DNA from: Spirochaetia bacterium
GTDB taxonomy: Bacteria > Spirochaetota > Spirochaetia > DSM-2461
NCBI GenBank assembly: GCA_963666985.2
Contig: CAXXIA010000002.1
Coordinates: forward strand, 928,001 to 992,000
Reading direction: 5' to 3'
DNA length: 64,000 bases
Position 1 is the first letter of the stretch, and every line of letters begins with the position of its first letter. The notes beneath the pieces are model-generated. The model saw nothing but the letters and a program-made list of their open reading frames with translations, ran no database searches and was not told the DNA's origin. Shown one piece after another: positions 19,363 through 31,349 of this stretch. The position numbers and the translations under genes are program-made.

Positions 19363-20736
19363 TTACCCCATCACATCATCCCTAACGGCCGCGGCGGCCA
19401 TCCGGCTTTTATTGCGAATATTTCGGCCAACCATAATCACCGAAAGAAGCGCCGCCGTGAAATCGGCCGCGGGATAGGCCGACCATAATCCGTTCATCCC
19501 CCAGTATACAGGGAAGATCATCAGAAAGGGGATGAGAAAGAGAACCTGCCGAGAGAGGGAAAGAATCAATGTTCCGGCGGGATTGCCGAGCGCCTGAAAA
19601 TAGGTAAAACCGATAACCTGCATTCCAATCAGGGGAAGCAGGCACAGGGTAATTCTCAAAGGACCGGTACCGGCCGCTATCACATCCGTATCGGCGGTAA
19701 AGGCATGCATCAAAGTTCCGGGAATTGTCATGGAAGGTATGAGCATGGCGGCTCCGAAGATAACGGCGGTTAGAAACGTTAGCCAAGTCAGCTTATTCAC
19801 CCTGTCCCAGCGTCCGGCACCGGCATTGAATCCCGCAATCGGCTGGAAACCTTGAGCCAGTCCCAAAAGAGGCATGGTTACAAAAACGTGAATCCGGCTG
19901 AGTATGCCGTAAGCCGCGATATCGGCCGCGCTTCCCATTCTTCGAAGAGAACGGTTCATCAGAACAGCCAGAACGGAAAGACCGACCTGACTGAGGAACA
20001 TGCCGATGCCCAGGCTGAAAATCCGTGCCGCATCCGAAGCAGTCACCCGGCCGAGCCTAAGCCCCAGGACATTCTTTTTCTTCGCAAGCACGAATACAAT
20101 GTAGAGCGTTGATAAAACGCGGGCGAGAACCGTTGCCCAAGCGGCTCCGATAACGCCGGTATGCAGAACGAAGAGAAACACCGGATCAAGAACAAGATTC
20201 ACAAGACTCCCCAGGAGCATGCCCATCCCGGCCTCTTTCGCCAGTCCCTCGGCTCGAACCAAATTGAAGCCCACCATTGATAAAAAGACAAACACGAAAC
20301 CCGGCTCCAGGCCGATAAGATACGATCGGGCCGGAATCCGCGTTACCTCCGTGGCGCCGAGCAAATTCAGCAAAGCCGGTCGGAAGACAAGGCTCAGAAC
20401 CGTTAAAATCACACCGGAGAGAAGAGCCAGAAAAACACCGCTTCCCGCGGCGTTCCGCGCTTCTTGATTCTTTGCTTCCCCCATTCGGTGCGAAATAAGG
20501 GAGGCGGCACCCATTCCGAGCATCGTGCCCCATGCAATCATGAACATCTGAAGGGGAAAAATCGTCGCCAATCCCGCCAGCGCCATACCGCCTTCACTCC
20601 AGCCGACGAATGCCGCGTCGACAAGATAGTAGAGACCGTTCACCATCATGGCGATAATGGAGGGAACGGCAAGAGACGCCAAAAGACGTCCCGGAGGATC
20701 GTTTTCCAAATCCTGCTTTTTCTTTTCTTTCCTCAT
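19363..20736 (-). CDS. MATE family efflux transporter (MepA-like)
   Basis: LAVPSII, LVDAAFVG, NLVLDPVF, GAAWAT, QPIAGFNAGAG, RQVLFLIP; about 12 TM helices. Confidence 0.92.
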   Translation of the reverse strand: MRKEKKKQDLENDPPGRLLASLAVPSIIAMMVNGLYYLVDAAFVGWSEGGMALAGLATIFPLQMFMIAWGTMLGMGAASLISHRMGEAKNQEARNAAGSGVFLALLSGVILTVLSLVFRPALLNLLGATEVTRIPARSYLIGLEPGFVFVFLSMVGFNLVRAEGLAKEAGMGMLLGSLVNLVLDPVFLFVLHTGVIGAAWATVLARVLSTLYIVFVLAKKKNVLGLRLGRVTASDAARIFSLGIGMFLSQVGLSVLAVLMNRSLRRMGSAADIAAYGILSRIHVFVTMPLLGLAQGFQPIAGFNAGAGRWDRVNKLTWLTFLTAVIFGAAMLIPSMTIPGTLMHAFTADTDVIAAGTGPLRITLCLLPLIGMQVIGFTYFQALGNPAGTLILSLSRQVLFLIPFLMIFPVYWGMNGLWSAYPAADFTAALLSVIMVGRNIRNKSRMAAAAVRDDVMG

Positions 20737-20758
20737 AATGCGGACTCCTTACCGAGCT

Positions 20759-20804
20759 TTATTGTTAATCTAATTAACCTTATTGTCAAGCTGCTTAACA
20801 ATAA
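20759..20804. promoter_or_regulatory. Tandem palindromic operators, putative MarR sites for the MATE-marR operon
   Basis: TTATTGTCAAG-CTG-CTTAACAATAA at 20780-20804 and a weaker copy TTATTGTTAAT-CTA-ATTAAC starting at 20759. Confidence 0.55.
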
Positions 20805-20845
20805 CGCCAGCCAAATCCGCTTACATCAAATCGAAATCGAAAAAC

Positions 20846-21928
20846 TTAATTGGAAAATTGTTTCGCTATCTCTTGAAAATCCCCGCGGATATCGAGAAAG
20901 GCATCAACGATATCCGGATCGAACTGGGTTCCCTGACCTTCCCGAATAATTCGCACCGCCTCCTCGTGAGGCATTTCATCTTTATAAACCCGATGACTGA
21001 TAAGCGCATCATAAACATCCGCCAAAGCCATAAAGCGAGCACTGAAGGGTATGGAATCGCCCGAGATGCCGTTCGGATATCCGCTCCCGTCCCATTTTTC
21101 ATGGTGCATCAGGGCTATCTGCTTGGCAAGACTGAGAAACTGAACCTGCATTCCGAGCGATTCTTCCGCCCTTCGAATCGCTTCCTGTCCGAGGGTTGTA
21201 TGAGATTTCATGACTTCAAATTCATCAGGATTAAAACGGCCGGGTTTTAAGAGAATATTATCGGGGATTCCGACTTTCCCGATATCATGAAGAGGTGCCG
21301 ACTTAAAAAGAAGTTCAATGGTTTTATCGTTCAGTTTTTCCTTAAATCGGGGATGATCCTTTAATTTCTCCGCCAAAGCTCTAACGTAATACTGAGTTCT
21401 GCGAATGTGGTTTCCCGTATCGTTATCCCGCGTTTCGGCCAAAGAGGCCAAAGCCTGAATCGTAACATCTTGGATGGCGACAATTTCCTGAGTTCGCTTA
21501 TCAATTTCCCTTTGAAGGAATTCATTCTTGTCCTTCAAAAAATCCGCGGATGCTTTCAGAGTCAAATGATTTTTTACCCGCTGGAGAACGATCGCGGGTT
21601 TTACGGGCTTAACAAGATAATCAACCGCCCCCAATTCAAGACCGTGCGTCTCATCATCGACTTCACTCATTGCGGTTACAAAAACGATGGGAATATCTTT
21701 TGCCTCTTCCGAAGCCTTAAGGCGGCGGCATACTTCGTAACCGTCCATTTCCGGCATGATTACATCAAGAAGAACAAGATCGGGTTTTTTATCCGATAAA
21801 CAAATTTTCAGGGCGGTTTCTCCGCTTGTCGCGGCCTTAATCTGGTATTTTTCACCCAGGACACTGCTTAAAACCTGAATATTTTCAGGGCTGTCGTCTA
21901 CAATCAGGATAATTTCTTTTCTCGTCAT
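20846..21928 (-). CDS. RpfG-like response regulator, REC + HD-GYP cyclic dinucleotide phosphodiesterase
   Basis: IVDD, LLDVIMPEMDG, KP; ETRDNDTGNH, LHDIGKVGIP, HHEKWDGSGYP, ADVYDAL. Confidence 0.93.
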   Translation of the reverse strand: MTRKEIILIVDDSPENIQVLSSVLGEKYQIKAATSGETALKICLSDKKPDLVLLDVIMPEMDGYEVCRRLKASEEAKDIPIVFVTAMSEVDDETHGLELGAVDYLVKPVKPAIVLQRVKNHLTLKASADFLKDKNEFLQREIDKRTQEIVAIQDVTIQALASLAETRDNDTGNHIRRTQYYVRALAEKLKDHPRFKEKLNDKTIELLFKSAPLHDIGKVGIPDNILLKPGRFNPDEFEVMKSHTTLGQEAIRRAEESLGMQVQFLSLAKQIALMHHEKWDGSGYPNGISGDSIPFSARFMALADVYDALISHRVYKDEMPHEEAVRIIREGQGTQFDPDIVDAFLDIRGDFQEIAKQFSN

Positions 21929-22239
21929 TTTTTTTACATTTTTTACCGAAAGAAGTCATCACGTTCTTCCGATAAATCATCTTTCCTTCGCATGGTTTTT
22001 TCGGTTTTCCCATAAAAAAATATAGTTCAATCAATGAAGGATTTCCTCGAATACTTCAATCTTTAAAACCGTTCCACGAAATCTCCATACTCTTCACTTC
22101 TTCCAAACAAAGAAAATAGGAAACACTTCCCGGAAACAAAAAAGCATTAAGAATAATCCATATACTTTCGAGAATAGACCGTTGAAAGGAGAAAATGAGC
22201 GGACAAGAATAGCGAGCGCAGATCCTAATTTATATTAAT

Positions 22240-22608
22240 CTATTTATCCAGAAATTCATTGCAGAAAGAAATCAGTTTTCGGCTGTCGACGGGCTTAATT
22301 AAATATTCGACGGCACCGGCTTCAAGGCCCTTTTTGCGTTCCGTTTCATCATCGGCGGATGAAATAAAAACAACGGGAATGTTCTTCGTCAATTCACCGC
22401 TTTTCAAAGAGTTCAGAACCTGAAATCCATCCATTTCAGGCATGATTATATCCAGAAGAATAAGATCCGGCTGTGTTTTCTCCGCTATTTTTAAAGCCGT
22501 TTTTCCATTCAGCGCCGGCTTAACCGAATAAAGAGGAGAAAGTATTTCAATGAGAACATCCAGATTTTCCTTAACATCATCGACAATCAGAATGGATTTA
22601 ACGCTCAT
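22240..22608 (-). CDS. Single-domain response regulator (REC)
   Basis: [25 protein letters not shown]. Confidence 0.9.
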   Translation of the reverse strand: MSVKSILIVDDVKENLDVLIEILSPLYSVKPALNGKTALKIAEKTQPDLILLDIIMPEMDGFQVLNSLKSGELTKNIPVVFISSADDETERKKGLEAGAVEYLIKPVDSRKLISFCNEFLDK

Positions 22609-25358
22609 TTAAGAAGTTTCTCCTTGAATCCTTCCAGCAGCCGTGCCGCATCTTCAAAATTAAATTCTTCTATCATGTTCCGGATTTCTTCATATTCGGA
22701 TTCCAATCCTCGTTTCCCGAATTCTCCGGACAATTGACCGATCAGATCCTTTGATTCAACGGCATACTCGTCCAGGGCTTTATCCAAATCACCTAAAATC
22801 CGCTCCAATTCCTCATCTGAAAGATCCGGAGAATCATTCAATTCGGGATTCTTCCGAAAGTCTTCCCAAGCTTTGAGAAACGGTTCAAGAGAAAGAGAAA
22901 GGGTTAACAGATGTTCTTCGGAAATCTCCAGCGGAGGAAGATACCGATCCGGAGTACAATGTTCTTTTTTCAGTTCATCATCCAGCCGGGTTACGGCTTT
23001 CGCCAGCTCACCGGCTCCGAGATTCCCGGCCACACCTTTCAGTGTATGGGCAATCCGTTCGGCGTCAACACGATCCTTTCGCTTCAAGGCCTCGCGTATT
23101 TTATGTCCGAAATCCCGGTTTTTCTCAACAAACGTGTTGATAAGCTTCAGATAGACGCTTCTGTTTCCGCCCACGCGATAAAGTCCGTCGTCGACATCCA
23201 AACCGTCCGCTTTTCTCAGCAGTTCAACCAGCGCTTCCAGCTTTTCCGGATCTTCAGAGGTTGGAGAGACGGAAATCGCCTCGCCTTCGGAGCGTTCGAT
23301 TCGAATCGGATCGATTCGTTCCATAAGCGTCTGGAAGAGAGCCTTCGGTTCAATCGGTTTCGTAACAAAATCATCCATACCCGCTTCAAAGACTCTTTCG
23401 GCAACTCCGGCCATGGCATCGGCCGTCATGGCGATAATGGGCAAGTCGGCTGAACTTCGTTCCTTACGGATTTCCCGCGTCGCCTGATAGCCGTCGAGCA
23501 CCGGCATCTGCAGATCCATTAAAACGATATCGAAACGGCCGGCAAGCGCTTTTTCAACGCCTATGCGGCCGTTCTCGGCTATCTCCACACGGAGTCCCTC
23601 TTGTTCCAAAAGTTCCCTGGCAACCTGCTGATTAATCTCATTATCCTCGACAAGAAGAATTCGGGCTCCCCGGATTTCATCAAATCCATTCGGAGAAAAT
23701 GAATCCTTCTCTTCGGATTTCCGATCCGAAGAATGCTCGCCGAAAGAGCTTAAAACGGCATCAAACAGCATGGACTGACTGACGGGCTTCAACAGCAGAC
23801 CGTCAAGCCGCAGCAGCTTAATCTCATTGGCGACATCTTCATAGGAAAAAGCCGTTGCCATGATGATTTTCGGCATTTTCGAAAGCCCCAGATTTCGGAT
23901 CCGTTTCACCGTTTCAATACCGTCGATTCCGGGCATTTTCCAATCCATGAGAATCAAATCAAATCCCTCGGGGCTGGACTGAAGAATCCGAAGGGCTTTT
24001 TCTCCGCTTTCGGCGACAAAAACCGAAAAAGAGAAGTCTTCCAGATACTCGCTGAGAACCTCCCGGGCCATCTCGTTATCATCCACGACAAGAACATTCA
24101 AAGATGCCAGGGCAAGGGGGATTATACGTTCGGCCTTTTTCTTTCGTCTGGAAATCGGGAGCTCCACCTGAAAATAGAAATTGGATCCCTTCCCCAATTC
24201 ACTTTCCACACCGATTTTTCCGTCCATCATTTCCACAAGCCGGCTGCTGATGCTTAAACCCAATCCGGTTCCGCCGTATTTTCGGGTTGTGGAAACATCG
24301 GCCTGGCTGAAGGCTTGAAACAGATGCGACTGCTGTTCTTCGCTCAAGCCGATGCCCGTATCCTTTACCTCGAATTGTAGGGAAAGAGCCTCATCCCGGC
24401 GATCGAGCACCGTTACAATCACGTCGATTTCTCCGGATTCGGTGAATTTCACCGCATTGTTCACCAGGTTTAAAAGGATTTGACCGATGCGCAGAGGATC
24501 GCCGATAAACTGTGTTTCCATATCGGCGGGTTTGGAAATAATAAACTCAAGGCCTTTTCTCTGAGCCTTAATGCCCACGACATTGCTGATATTATCCAGG
24601 ACTTCTTCCAAATCGAAATCGATGCTTTCAATATCAAGCTTTCCGGCTTCAATTTTCGAGAAATCGAGAATGTCATTGATAATACCCAGAAGATTCTTCG
24701 CCGCCCTATCGATTTTCACGGCATAATCCTTCTGTTTATCCGACAGATCCGTTTTCATCAGAAGGTGCGTCAGTCCGATGACGGCATTCATGGGAGTGCG
24801 GATTTCATGAGACATATTGGCCAAAAAATCAGACTTGGCCTGGGTGGCCGACTCCGCTTCTTTTTTCGCAACATCCAAATCCTGCATAACATTCAGCATG
24901 GCCCGTCTGGAACTGGCCATCTGTGATACCCGGGATTCCATGGCATAATAAGTTTCTTCTCTTTTCTGAATCGACTCTTTCAGCTGCCGGGCTACCGTGT
25001 TGAAATACTCGGAATAGTCTCCGGAGAAAGATTCTTCCAGGTTAAGGTCTCCGTCGCCGAACTGTTTGCTGATCCGCATTAAATAACGCAAGCCCGTATG
25101 GAGGCTTCGTATCGATTGAAGAAGGGGAAGGCCCGTTTCGGGGAAATCATCGCTTAAATCAAATGATTCAAGCGACAACATAATTTTCGTAATGTCGTTA
25201 TGTGCTTGAAGGAATCTATTTAAAGAATGAGTCATCCGTTCGAATTCCTCCGATCCGACGGTTTCGAAATCAAACGAAGATTCAACGATTTCATTTCGTA
25301 CTATTTTTGAGAATATCTCCGTCAGTTTCTCGATATCCTCCGAACGAATATTAGGCAT
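22605..25358 (-). CDS. Soluble hybrid histidine kinase (HAMP-like, HisKA, HATPase, REC, REC, Hpt)
   Basis: [36 protein letters not shown], two REC domains (MDWKMP, MDLQMP), Hpt [12 protein letters not shown]; no TM segment evident. Confidence 0.93.
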   Translation of the reverse strand: MPNIRSEDIEKLTEIFSKIVRNEIVESSFDFETVGSEEFERMTHSLNRFLQAHNDITKIMLSLESFDLSDDFPETGLPLLQSIRSLHTGLRYLMRISKQFGDGDLNLEESFSGDYSEYFNTVARQLKESIQKREETYYAMESRVSQMASSRRAMLNVMQDLDVAKKEAESATQAKSDFLANMSHEIRTPMNAVIGLTHLLMKTDLSDKQKDYAVKIDRAAKNLLGIINDILDFSKIEAGKLDIESIDFDLEEVLDNISNVVGIKAQRKGLEFIISKPADMETQFIGDPLRIGQILLNLVNNAVKFTESGEIDVIVTVLDRRDEALSLQFEVKDTGIGLSEEQQSHLFQAFSQADVSTTRKYGGTGLGLSISSRLVEMMDGKIGVESELGKGSNFYFQVELPISRRKKKAERIIPLALASLNVLVVDDNEMAREVLSEYLEDFSFSVFVAESGEKALRILQSSPEGFDLILMDWKMPGIDGIETVKRIRNLGLSKMPKIIMATAFSYEDVANEIKLLRLDGLLLKPVSQSMLFDAVLSSFGEHSSDRKSEEKDSFSPNGFDEIRGARILLVEDNEINQQVARELLEQEGLRVEIAENGRIGVEKALAGRFDIVLMDLQMPVLDGYQATREIRKERSSADLPIIAMTADAMAGVAERVFEAGMDDFVTKPIEPKALFQTLMERIDPIRIERSEGEAISVSPTSEDPEKLEALVELLRKADGLDVDDGLYRVGGNRSVYLKLINTFVEKNRDFGHKIREALKRKDRVDAERIAHTLKGVAGNLGAGELAKAVTRLDDELKKEHCTPDRYLPPLEISEEHLLTLSLSLEPFLKAWEDFRKNPELNDSPDLSDEELERILGDLDKALDEYAVESKDLIGQLSGEFGKRGLESEYEEIRNMIEEFNFEDAARLLEGFKEKLLK

Positions 25359-25369
25359 TGTTATTCCCC

Positions 25370-28345
25370 TTATTCCTCAGCCGCGATACTATACTTTTCG
25401 GGAAGATTTAATCGTTTCAGCAGCTCGTTCACTTCGCTTTTCAGTTCAATCATTTTTTCTTCCCTTCCTATGGTCAGCTTATTAAAAAGTTCCAGTTCAT
25501 CCATTTGCTCCCTGAGATGCACTTCATCGGCCTTTCTTCTGGTTATATCCCGAACAGAAAACATCATCCGGATTCCTTCCGATGTATAAAGTGATCCGAG
25601 CGATATCTCGACCGGAAACTGCCTCCGTGTTTTTCCCTGCGCATAAGTTTCAAAGGCTTCTAGGGATTTCGCTTTTGATGCATCCGCTTTTAGAAAATCC
25701 CAAGCACGGCTTTCGGTAACGTTTTTGGGAAACAAAATTTCAAAAGGCTGATTCATCAATTCGGATCTGTCGTACCCGAAAAGAAACTCCGTTTCATGAT
25801 TAATCCGAATAATTCTCATTTCGTTATCTACGATAATAAGACTGTCGGGAGTAGCTTCAAGAAAGGATTCAAGCCGTTTCTCGTTTATTCTGGCTTGTTT
25901 TTCAACGAACTTCCTATCGGTAATATCGATACTATACTCGATAATACGAAAAACCTCGCCGTGTTCGTTCAGGATGGGATACATAAAAACTTTTAAAAAT
26001 CGTTCCGCTCCGCTTGAATCCTTCCAAACATGTTCCACAGTCGCCGGTGATTTCGTTCGAACCACCTCGGGCATGGAACACTCAAATCCGCACCGGCTGC
26101 AAGGTTTGTCACAATGATTAAAAACGCTGTAGCAGGATTTTCCTATTTCGGCCCCTTTTTCACGAGCCGCCCTATTGGCCATGACGATTTGCCGCGTGGC
26201 GACATCGACGACACAAAACGGATAAGTAATGGCTTCAATGGCGCCGTGAAAAAGCTCATTTGAGGCCGTCAGATCCGCCGTCCGCTTCTCCACCCGTTTC
26301 TGTAAATCGGCATTGGACAGATTCAGGGCTTCGTTGGCTTTTCCGCTGACGACAAGGCTCATCAGCGTTGTTCCGACGGCGAGCATCATGGTAAAGGCTA
26401 ATGCCAGAATGATGATTTCCCGAAGAAGGGTAAAGCGCTTCATTATTTCTTCGGCTTCTACCTCGGTGGCCAGACCGTAGCGATAGACGTCGTTCCAAAG
26501 CCACACGCCAAAAACCGGTACTCCCAGATAATTCCTATATGCTTCCAAGGCCCAACCATCGATTCCTATCAAAGCATTCTGAGCCATTCGGGTAAATTCA
26601 CGATTTTCAATTGTCGATAAAGGCTTCTCACCCTTAAGAAGATTCACTCCGGGATTCCGAATTTCCATTTGGAGAATGCTTGAAGCCCCCGGCGGCAATA
26701 TCCCGAGTGTTACAAGCTGATCTGTAAATCGGCTTTCGGTAAACATCTTTCCCGAGTTATCAAAGGCATACGTTTCCGCGGTGTTATCGAAATAAAAATC
26801 CTCTGTTATTTTACTGGCAAGGTTTCGAGGATTATAGGAAGCGGCCAGAACCGCGATTACTCCTTTCCGTTCATTCTCTATGGGAATCAGGAGAAACCCG
26901 TGCGGAATCGGTTTCCCGTCGAGACCGGGAACTTCCAACGGTGTGAGAAATTGCGGCCGGCCGCTGAAAGCTCGCGTAAACTCGATTTTCTTTTCTTCAA
27001 GGAATTCCGGTATGCTTTCCTCCAGTCCTTCAAGAGAAGATGCAGCGACTTGAAAGTTTGAATCAATTACCAAATAGAAGATTCGATCATTCCAAGGAAA
27101 CGTATCGGCAATATACCTTTCCAGAGCCCGGCGGTCCGCGTAATCGCGATTTTCATTAAGGAGCAGATTCTCCGCCAAAGTTTGAAAAGCTTCCCCATCG
27201 ACACGCTGCGTAAGAATTTCGAGATTGAAGGCAATCATTGTAGAAAGAGATTTATCCGCCGTCCGCAGAACAACTTCCAGAGAATGTTTTATATCTTCTT
27301 TATAGTTGTATTCGACTCTGCCGACGCAAAGAAACGCGATAACCGCGGCAAGACAAACAAATACAGCCAAAGCGATAAGAGAAGTCGCCCGGATGCTGTG
27401 CCATTTCAGCCTGCGGATATCCAGATTGAGTTTTTTAAAAATCCACAAACCGACGGCATTAATGAGAACGATACCGAGAAAAATCGCCGTAACGATTTGA
27501 ATAAACTCGGAATCCGTTCGGACGGATTCGTTGGGCGTTTCGTTTCCCATTCCCATCCATTTATTCTGGATTCTGGTAAGTTCTTCAGCCGGAAAGGCAT
27601 CCATGGCCTTTTGAAGAGAGCTTGTCAGCAGGGGCCGATCGTTTCGGATTCCGATACACAACTCTTCGAAGCTGTGATTTTCCGAGGGGATAATGCCCGA
27701 TATTAATAAATCCGTTAAAAAATATTCTCTAACGGCATATATAACGGCTCCCTGTCCTCCGATTGCGGCATCCGCATCTCCCGTACTCACGGCTATTAAG
27801 GCTTCAGAGATACTCGAATAAGGTCTGATAATTACTTCCGGATAATTCGTTTCCAGCAGTTTTTGATGAGTCGTATTCTCAGGAACGGCGACGACTTTTC
27901 CGGAAAGCTGATCAAGGCGATCGTATTCCGCACCGACATGACTGATAATCACATTGAAATTATTCGCGAACGGCGTGGTGAAATCCAAATAACTCAGCCG
28001 TTCTTCCAGAACCGCTACCCCTAAAAGAACGTCGATTTCACGGTTTTGGGCCATCGTTAAAAAATCGCCGAACGACGGCCCGGTAACATACTCGATCTTG
28101 ATTCCCAGCATCCGGCCGAGAACATCCATGTAATCGATTCCGAATCCAGCGGGTTGTCCTTCCGCGTTGAAATTAAACGGCGCGAAGTCCTGCACATTGG
28201 AAACCCTGACGGTCTGATGCTCTTTCAGCCAGGCCCGCTCTTCACCGGTAAGAGTAACCGAATAATCCCCGGCGGGAAGTCGGGCGGCCGTACTCAGAAA
28301 GAGGAAAAGGAGCGGCACGCATTGACGAATAATCAATCGTTTCAT
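25370..28345 (-). CDS. Membrane sensor (PBPb solute-binding, TM, Cache-like, TM, PAS, PAS, C-terminal coiled coil) with no catalytic output domain
   Basis: [12 protein letters not shown]...FAPFNF...[42 protein letters not shown] and RDITRRK; ends [27 protein letters not shown]. Start moved to ATG 28345. Confidence 0.85.
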   Translation of the reverse strand: MKRLIIRQCVPLLFLFLSTAARLPAGDYSVTLTGEERAWLKEHQTVRVSNVQDFAPFNFNAEGQPAGFGIDYMDVLGRMLGIKIEYVTGPSFGDFLTMAQNREIDVLLGVAVLEERLSYLDFTTPFANNFNVIISHVGAEYDRLDQLSGKVVAVPENTTHQKLLETNYPEVIIRPYSSISEALIAVSTGDADAAIGGQGAVIYAVREYFLTDLLISGIIPSENHSFEELCIGIRNDRPLLTSSLQKAMDAFPAEELTRIQNKWMGMGNETPNESVRTDSEFIQIVTAIFLGIVLINAVGLWIFKKLNLDIRRLKWHSIRATSLIALAVFVCLAAVIAFLCVGRVEYNYKEDIKHSLEVVLRTADKSLSTMIAFNLEILTQRVDGEAFQTLAENLLLNENRDYADRRALERYIADTFPWNDRIFYLVIDSNFQVAASSLEGLEESIPEFLEEKKIEFTRAFSGRPQFLTPLEVPGLDGKPIPHGFLLIPIENERKGVIAVLAASYNPRNLASKITEDFYFDNTAETYAFDNSGKMFTESRFTDQLVTLGILPPGASSILQMEIRNPGVNLLKGEKPLSTIENREFTRMAQNALIGIDGWALEAYRNYLGVPVFGVWLWNDVYRYGLATEVEAEEIMKRFTLLREIIILALAFTMMLAVGTTLMSLVVSGKANEALNLSNADLQKRVEKRTADLTASNELFHGAIEAITYPFCVVDVATRQIVMANRAAREKGAEIGKSCYSVFNHCDKPCSRCGFECSMPEVVRTKSPATVEHVWKDSSGAERFLKVFMYPILNEHGEVFRIIEYSIDITDRKFVEKQARINEKRLESFLEATPDSLIIVDNEMRIIRINHETEFLFGYDRSELMNQPFEILFPKNVTESRAWDFLKADASKAKSLEAFETYAQGKTRRQFPVEISLGSLYTSEGIRMMFSVRDITRRKADEVHLREQMDELELFNKLTIGREEKMIELKSEVNELLKRLNLPEKYSIAAEE

Positions 28346-28355
28346 GTAACAACCT

Positions 28356-31349
28356 TCAACAAGTTTCTTCACCTTCGGGAGAAATGCTGTACTTTTCGGG
28401 AAGATTCATGCTCCGCAGAAACTCATTCACCTCTTTTTTCAGTTCAATCATCTTTTCTTCCCTTCCGACGGTTAATTTGTTGAAGAGTTCCAATTCTTCC
28501 AATTGCGCCTTCAGGATTTCTTCATCGGCTTTTCTCTGCGTGATATCCCGTATCTGATACTGAGTCAGAGTTCGATCGAGATAGTTCCGTGAGCTGAACG
28601 TAATTTCAACGGGGAAACTTTTTCCATTCTTCTTCAGAGCCGATATTTCAATGCTTTCGAAGGTGTTCCACCCTTTCTCCCTATTCGCGGGAGTTAATGA
28701 TTCCCGAACGGGTTTTTGGGGAAGCGGACAGCAGAAGAGCATTTCAAGCGGACCGCCGATCAGCTCGGATCTCTCATATCCGAAAAGAAGTTCGGTTCTA
28801 TGGTTGATTTGAATAATCCTGCGCTCATTATCGACAATCAAAAGGCTGTCGGGCGCCGTTTCAATCAGGGCTTCCAGCTGTTCTTCGTGTTCCTTTATTT
28901 TTCGATGAGCGATTTTTCGTTCCGTGATATCCTGGGCATACTCAATCATCCGGACAACTTCACCCTCTTCGTTCAAAACAGGATAACCGTACACTTCAAA
29001 AAAGATTTCATTCCCTTCTTTATCCGTAGACACATGTTCCACAATCACCGGTTTCTTCGTGCGAAGAACTTCCCGTATCGGACATGGAGTCTCTTTCGTA
29101 TCACAAGGCTTATTCCGGTAACGGATAAACTCATAACAGAGATTCGTGTTCTCCGCTCCCCATTCTTCGGCCGCTTTGTTGGCCAGAACAACTTCATAGG
29201 TTGCCGTATCCACAACAAAAAACGGCTGCGTGAGTGCCGTCAGCGTGTTTTCCAAGTCTTCTTTGGCATGCGACAGTTCGGCCGTTCGCTCCTCAACGCG
29301 CGTTTCCAGCTCGGCATTGTCGGCATGCAGGGCATCTATGGCCTTTCCGCTGATATAAAGGCTCATCAAGGTGATTCCGCCCGCCAAAATCACGGCAAAA
29401 AGGATTTCCGGAATTATAATGCCCAAGATTTTTCGGTATTGAGTCATGGCCTGATCCACGGGGATTTCCGTTGCCAAACCGTAATTAAAACTTTTATTCC
29501 AGAGCCAGGAGCCGAAGACGGGAATCCCCATGTAGTTCTTATACCCTTCCATGGAATAGCCGGAATTTCCCCGTAAGGCGCTTTGGGCCATTCTGGTCAG
29601 CTCGCCTTTTCCCGTACCGGAGGGAAGAGTCTCCGCTTCAAGAAGATTCACTCCCGGATTGCGGATTTCCACCTGGAGGGCTCCTCCGGTTCCGGGTTCA
29701 ATCAGTCCCAAAGTCTCAAGACGATCGGCATAGCGGCTTTTCGTAACAAGAATCCCTTCTCTGCTGAATGAATACGTTTCACCCGAAATCGCGAAATTGA
29801 AATCTTCGGTTATGGCGCTGGCTGTTTTCATGGGATCGAAAGATGAGGCCAGTACGGCAATGATTTCACCTTCTTCATCGGGGCAGGGAACCAGAAAAAA
29901 TCCTCTGGGAATCAATGTTCCGTCGGGGCCGGGAACACTCATCGGGGTGAGGAACTGAGAAGAACCTTCAAACACTTGAGAAATCAGTGTTTGATTTCGC
30001 CGGATAAAATCCGGACGGCTTCCCACATAGCCCGCGGTATTGGAAGCGATAATGTCGAGATTTCCGTCGATAAGGCAGTAAATGGCTTGTTTGCCCCAGG
30101 GGAAGGAATCGGAAAAATATTCTTCCAAAACCGAACGATTGATTTGATCGCCGTCCTCATTCCGAAGAAGATTCAGCACCAGTACTCCGAAGTGCGGGTT
30201 TTTTGCGTTTTCCGAGAGTATCTGAAGGTTAAATCCGATCATCGTTGAAAGAGAGCCGTCGGCATTTTTCAGAACCAATTCCATGGACAATCGTCCGCTT
30301 TCCTTTACCTCCCGCTGAATTTTCTTCAGAGACAGAACGGAGATGACGGCAACCATTCCGATGTAGAGAATCAGGGAAACAATGAAAATAATCCGGATTC
30401 TGCGCCATCCGATTTTTCGAATATTGATGTTGAGGTGCTTTAGTATAAAGATACTGCCGAGATAAAGGAGTGTTATTCCTAAAATCACCACGGTAAGGAT
30501 TTGATAGAATTCAAGACCGGAGGACTCCGGCTGAATTTCCTCAACCGCGCCCTGCGACAGCCATGTGCCGCGTATTCTCGCCAGCTCTTCGGGAGGAAAC
30601 GCATCCATGGCCTTTTGAAGGCATCCGGCAAGCAGGGGCCAGTCGTTTCGCACGCCGAAGCGGAACTCCTGCTGTGACGGATCGATTTTCGATATGCCGC
30701 CCGATATGGATAAATTGGAAAGAAAAAACTCGCGAATGAGGAATTGCACCAAAGGCTGAGGGGCCAGAGCCGCATCCGCTTCTCCGGAACCGACGGCGAA
30801 AATGGAATTCGTAAAATCCTTATATGCCTTGGCATGGATTTCCGGATATTCGGTTTCCAAGAGACTCTGCAAAACGGTCTGATCCGGCACGGAGACGGTT
30901 TTCCCCCGAAGCTCTTCCAGATCGGCGTAGCTTTCATCGGTTCGGCTGACAATCACATAAATGTTTTGAAAATAGGGTTCGGTAAAGTCAAGATATGCGG
31001 AACGCTCTTCCGTTTGAGCCAGCGACATAAGAACATCGATTCGGCGTTCCCGGGCCATACCGAGAAACTCCCCGAAAGACGGTCCGGTAACGTATTCGAT
31101 TTTAACGCCGAGCATTCGGCCGATTGCATTCATGTACTCGACGCTGAATCCTTCCGGAGTCTCATTGACATAAAAATCAAACGGAATCCAGTTTTTCTGA
31201 TTCGCGACTCGAATGGTTTTATGTTCTTTCAGCCATTGGCGTTCTTCTTTAGTTAAATCAACCGAAGTCTTCGCGGCCGAGACCCGGCCGGCGATGCAGA
31301 GAAAGCTTATTAACAGCAGGATCCATTGACGCACGGCAGCTCGGTTCAT
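28356..31349 (-). CDS. Paralogous membrane sensor (PBPb, Cache-like, PAS, PAS, coiled coil) with no catalytic output domain
   Basis: Same architecture as 25370-28345; LTKEERQWLKEH; ends [27 protein letters not shown]. Confidence 0.85.
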   Translation of the reverse strand: MNRAAVRQWILLLISFLCIAGRVSAAKTSVDLTKEERQWLKEHKTIRVANQKNWIPFDFYVNETPEGFSVEYMNAIGRMLGVKIEYVTGPSFGEFLGMARERRIDVLMSLAQTEERSAYLDFTEPYFQNIYVIVSRTDESYADLEELRGKTVSVPDQTVLQSLLETEYPEIHAKAYKDFTNSIFAVGSGEADAALAPQPLVQFLIREFFLSNLSISGGISKIDPSQQEFRFGVRNDWPLLAGCLQKAMDAFPPEELARIRGTWLSQGAVEEIQPESSGLEFYQILTVVILGITLLYLGSIFILKHLNINIRKIGWRRIRIIFIVSLILYIGMVAVISVLSLKKIQREVKESGRLSMELVLKNADGSLSTMIGFNLQILSENAKNPHFGVLVLNLLRNEDGDQINRSVLEEYFSDSFPWGKQAIYCLIDGNLDIIASNTAGYVGSRPDFIRRNQTLISQVFEGSSQFLTPMSVPGPDGTLIPRGFFLVPCPDEEGEIIAVLASSFDPMKTASAITEDFNFAISGETYSFSREGILVTKSRYADRLETLGLIEPGTGGALQVEIRNPGVNLLEAETLPSGTGKGELTRMAQSALRGNSGYSMEGYKNYMGIPVFGSWLWNKSFNYGLATEIPVDQAMTQYRKILGIIIPEILFAVILAGGITLMSLYISGKAIDALHADNAELETRVEERTAELSHAKEDLENTLTALTQPFFVVDTATYEVVLANKAAEEWGAENTNLCYEFIRYRNKPCDTKETPCPIREVLRTKKPVIVEHVSTDKEGNEIFFEVYGYPVLNEEGEVVRMIEYAQDITERKIAHRKIKEHEEQLEALIETAPDSLLIVDNERRIIQINHRTELLFGYERSELIGGPLEMLFCCPLPQKPVRESLTPANREKGWNTFESIEISALKKNGKSFPVEITFSSRNYLDRTLTQYQIRDITQRKADEEILKAQLEELELFNKLTVGREEKMIELKKEVNEFLRSMNLPEKYSISPEGEETC

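Noticed and set aside
25359..28356. Sensors as frameshifted or pseudogenised kinases
   Set aside because: Both paralogues stop independently a few codons after the same conserved tail, and the downstream genes have their own starts and RBS-like sites.
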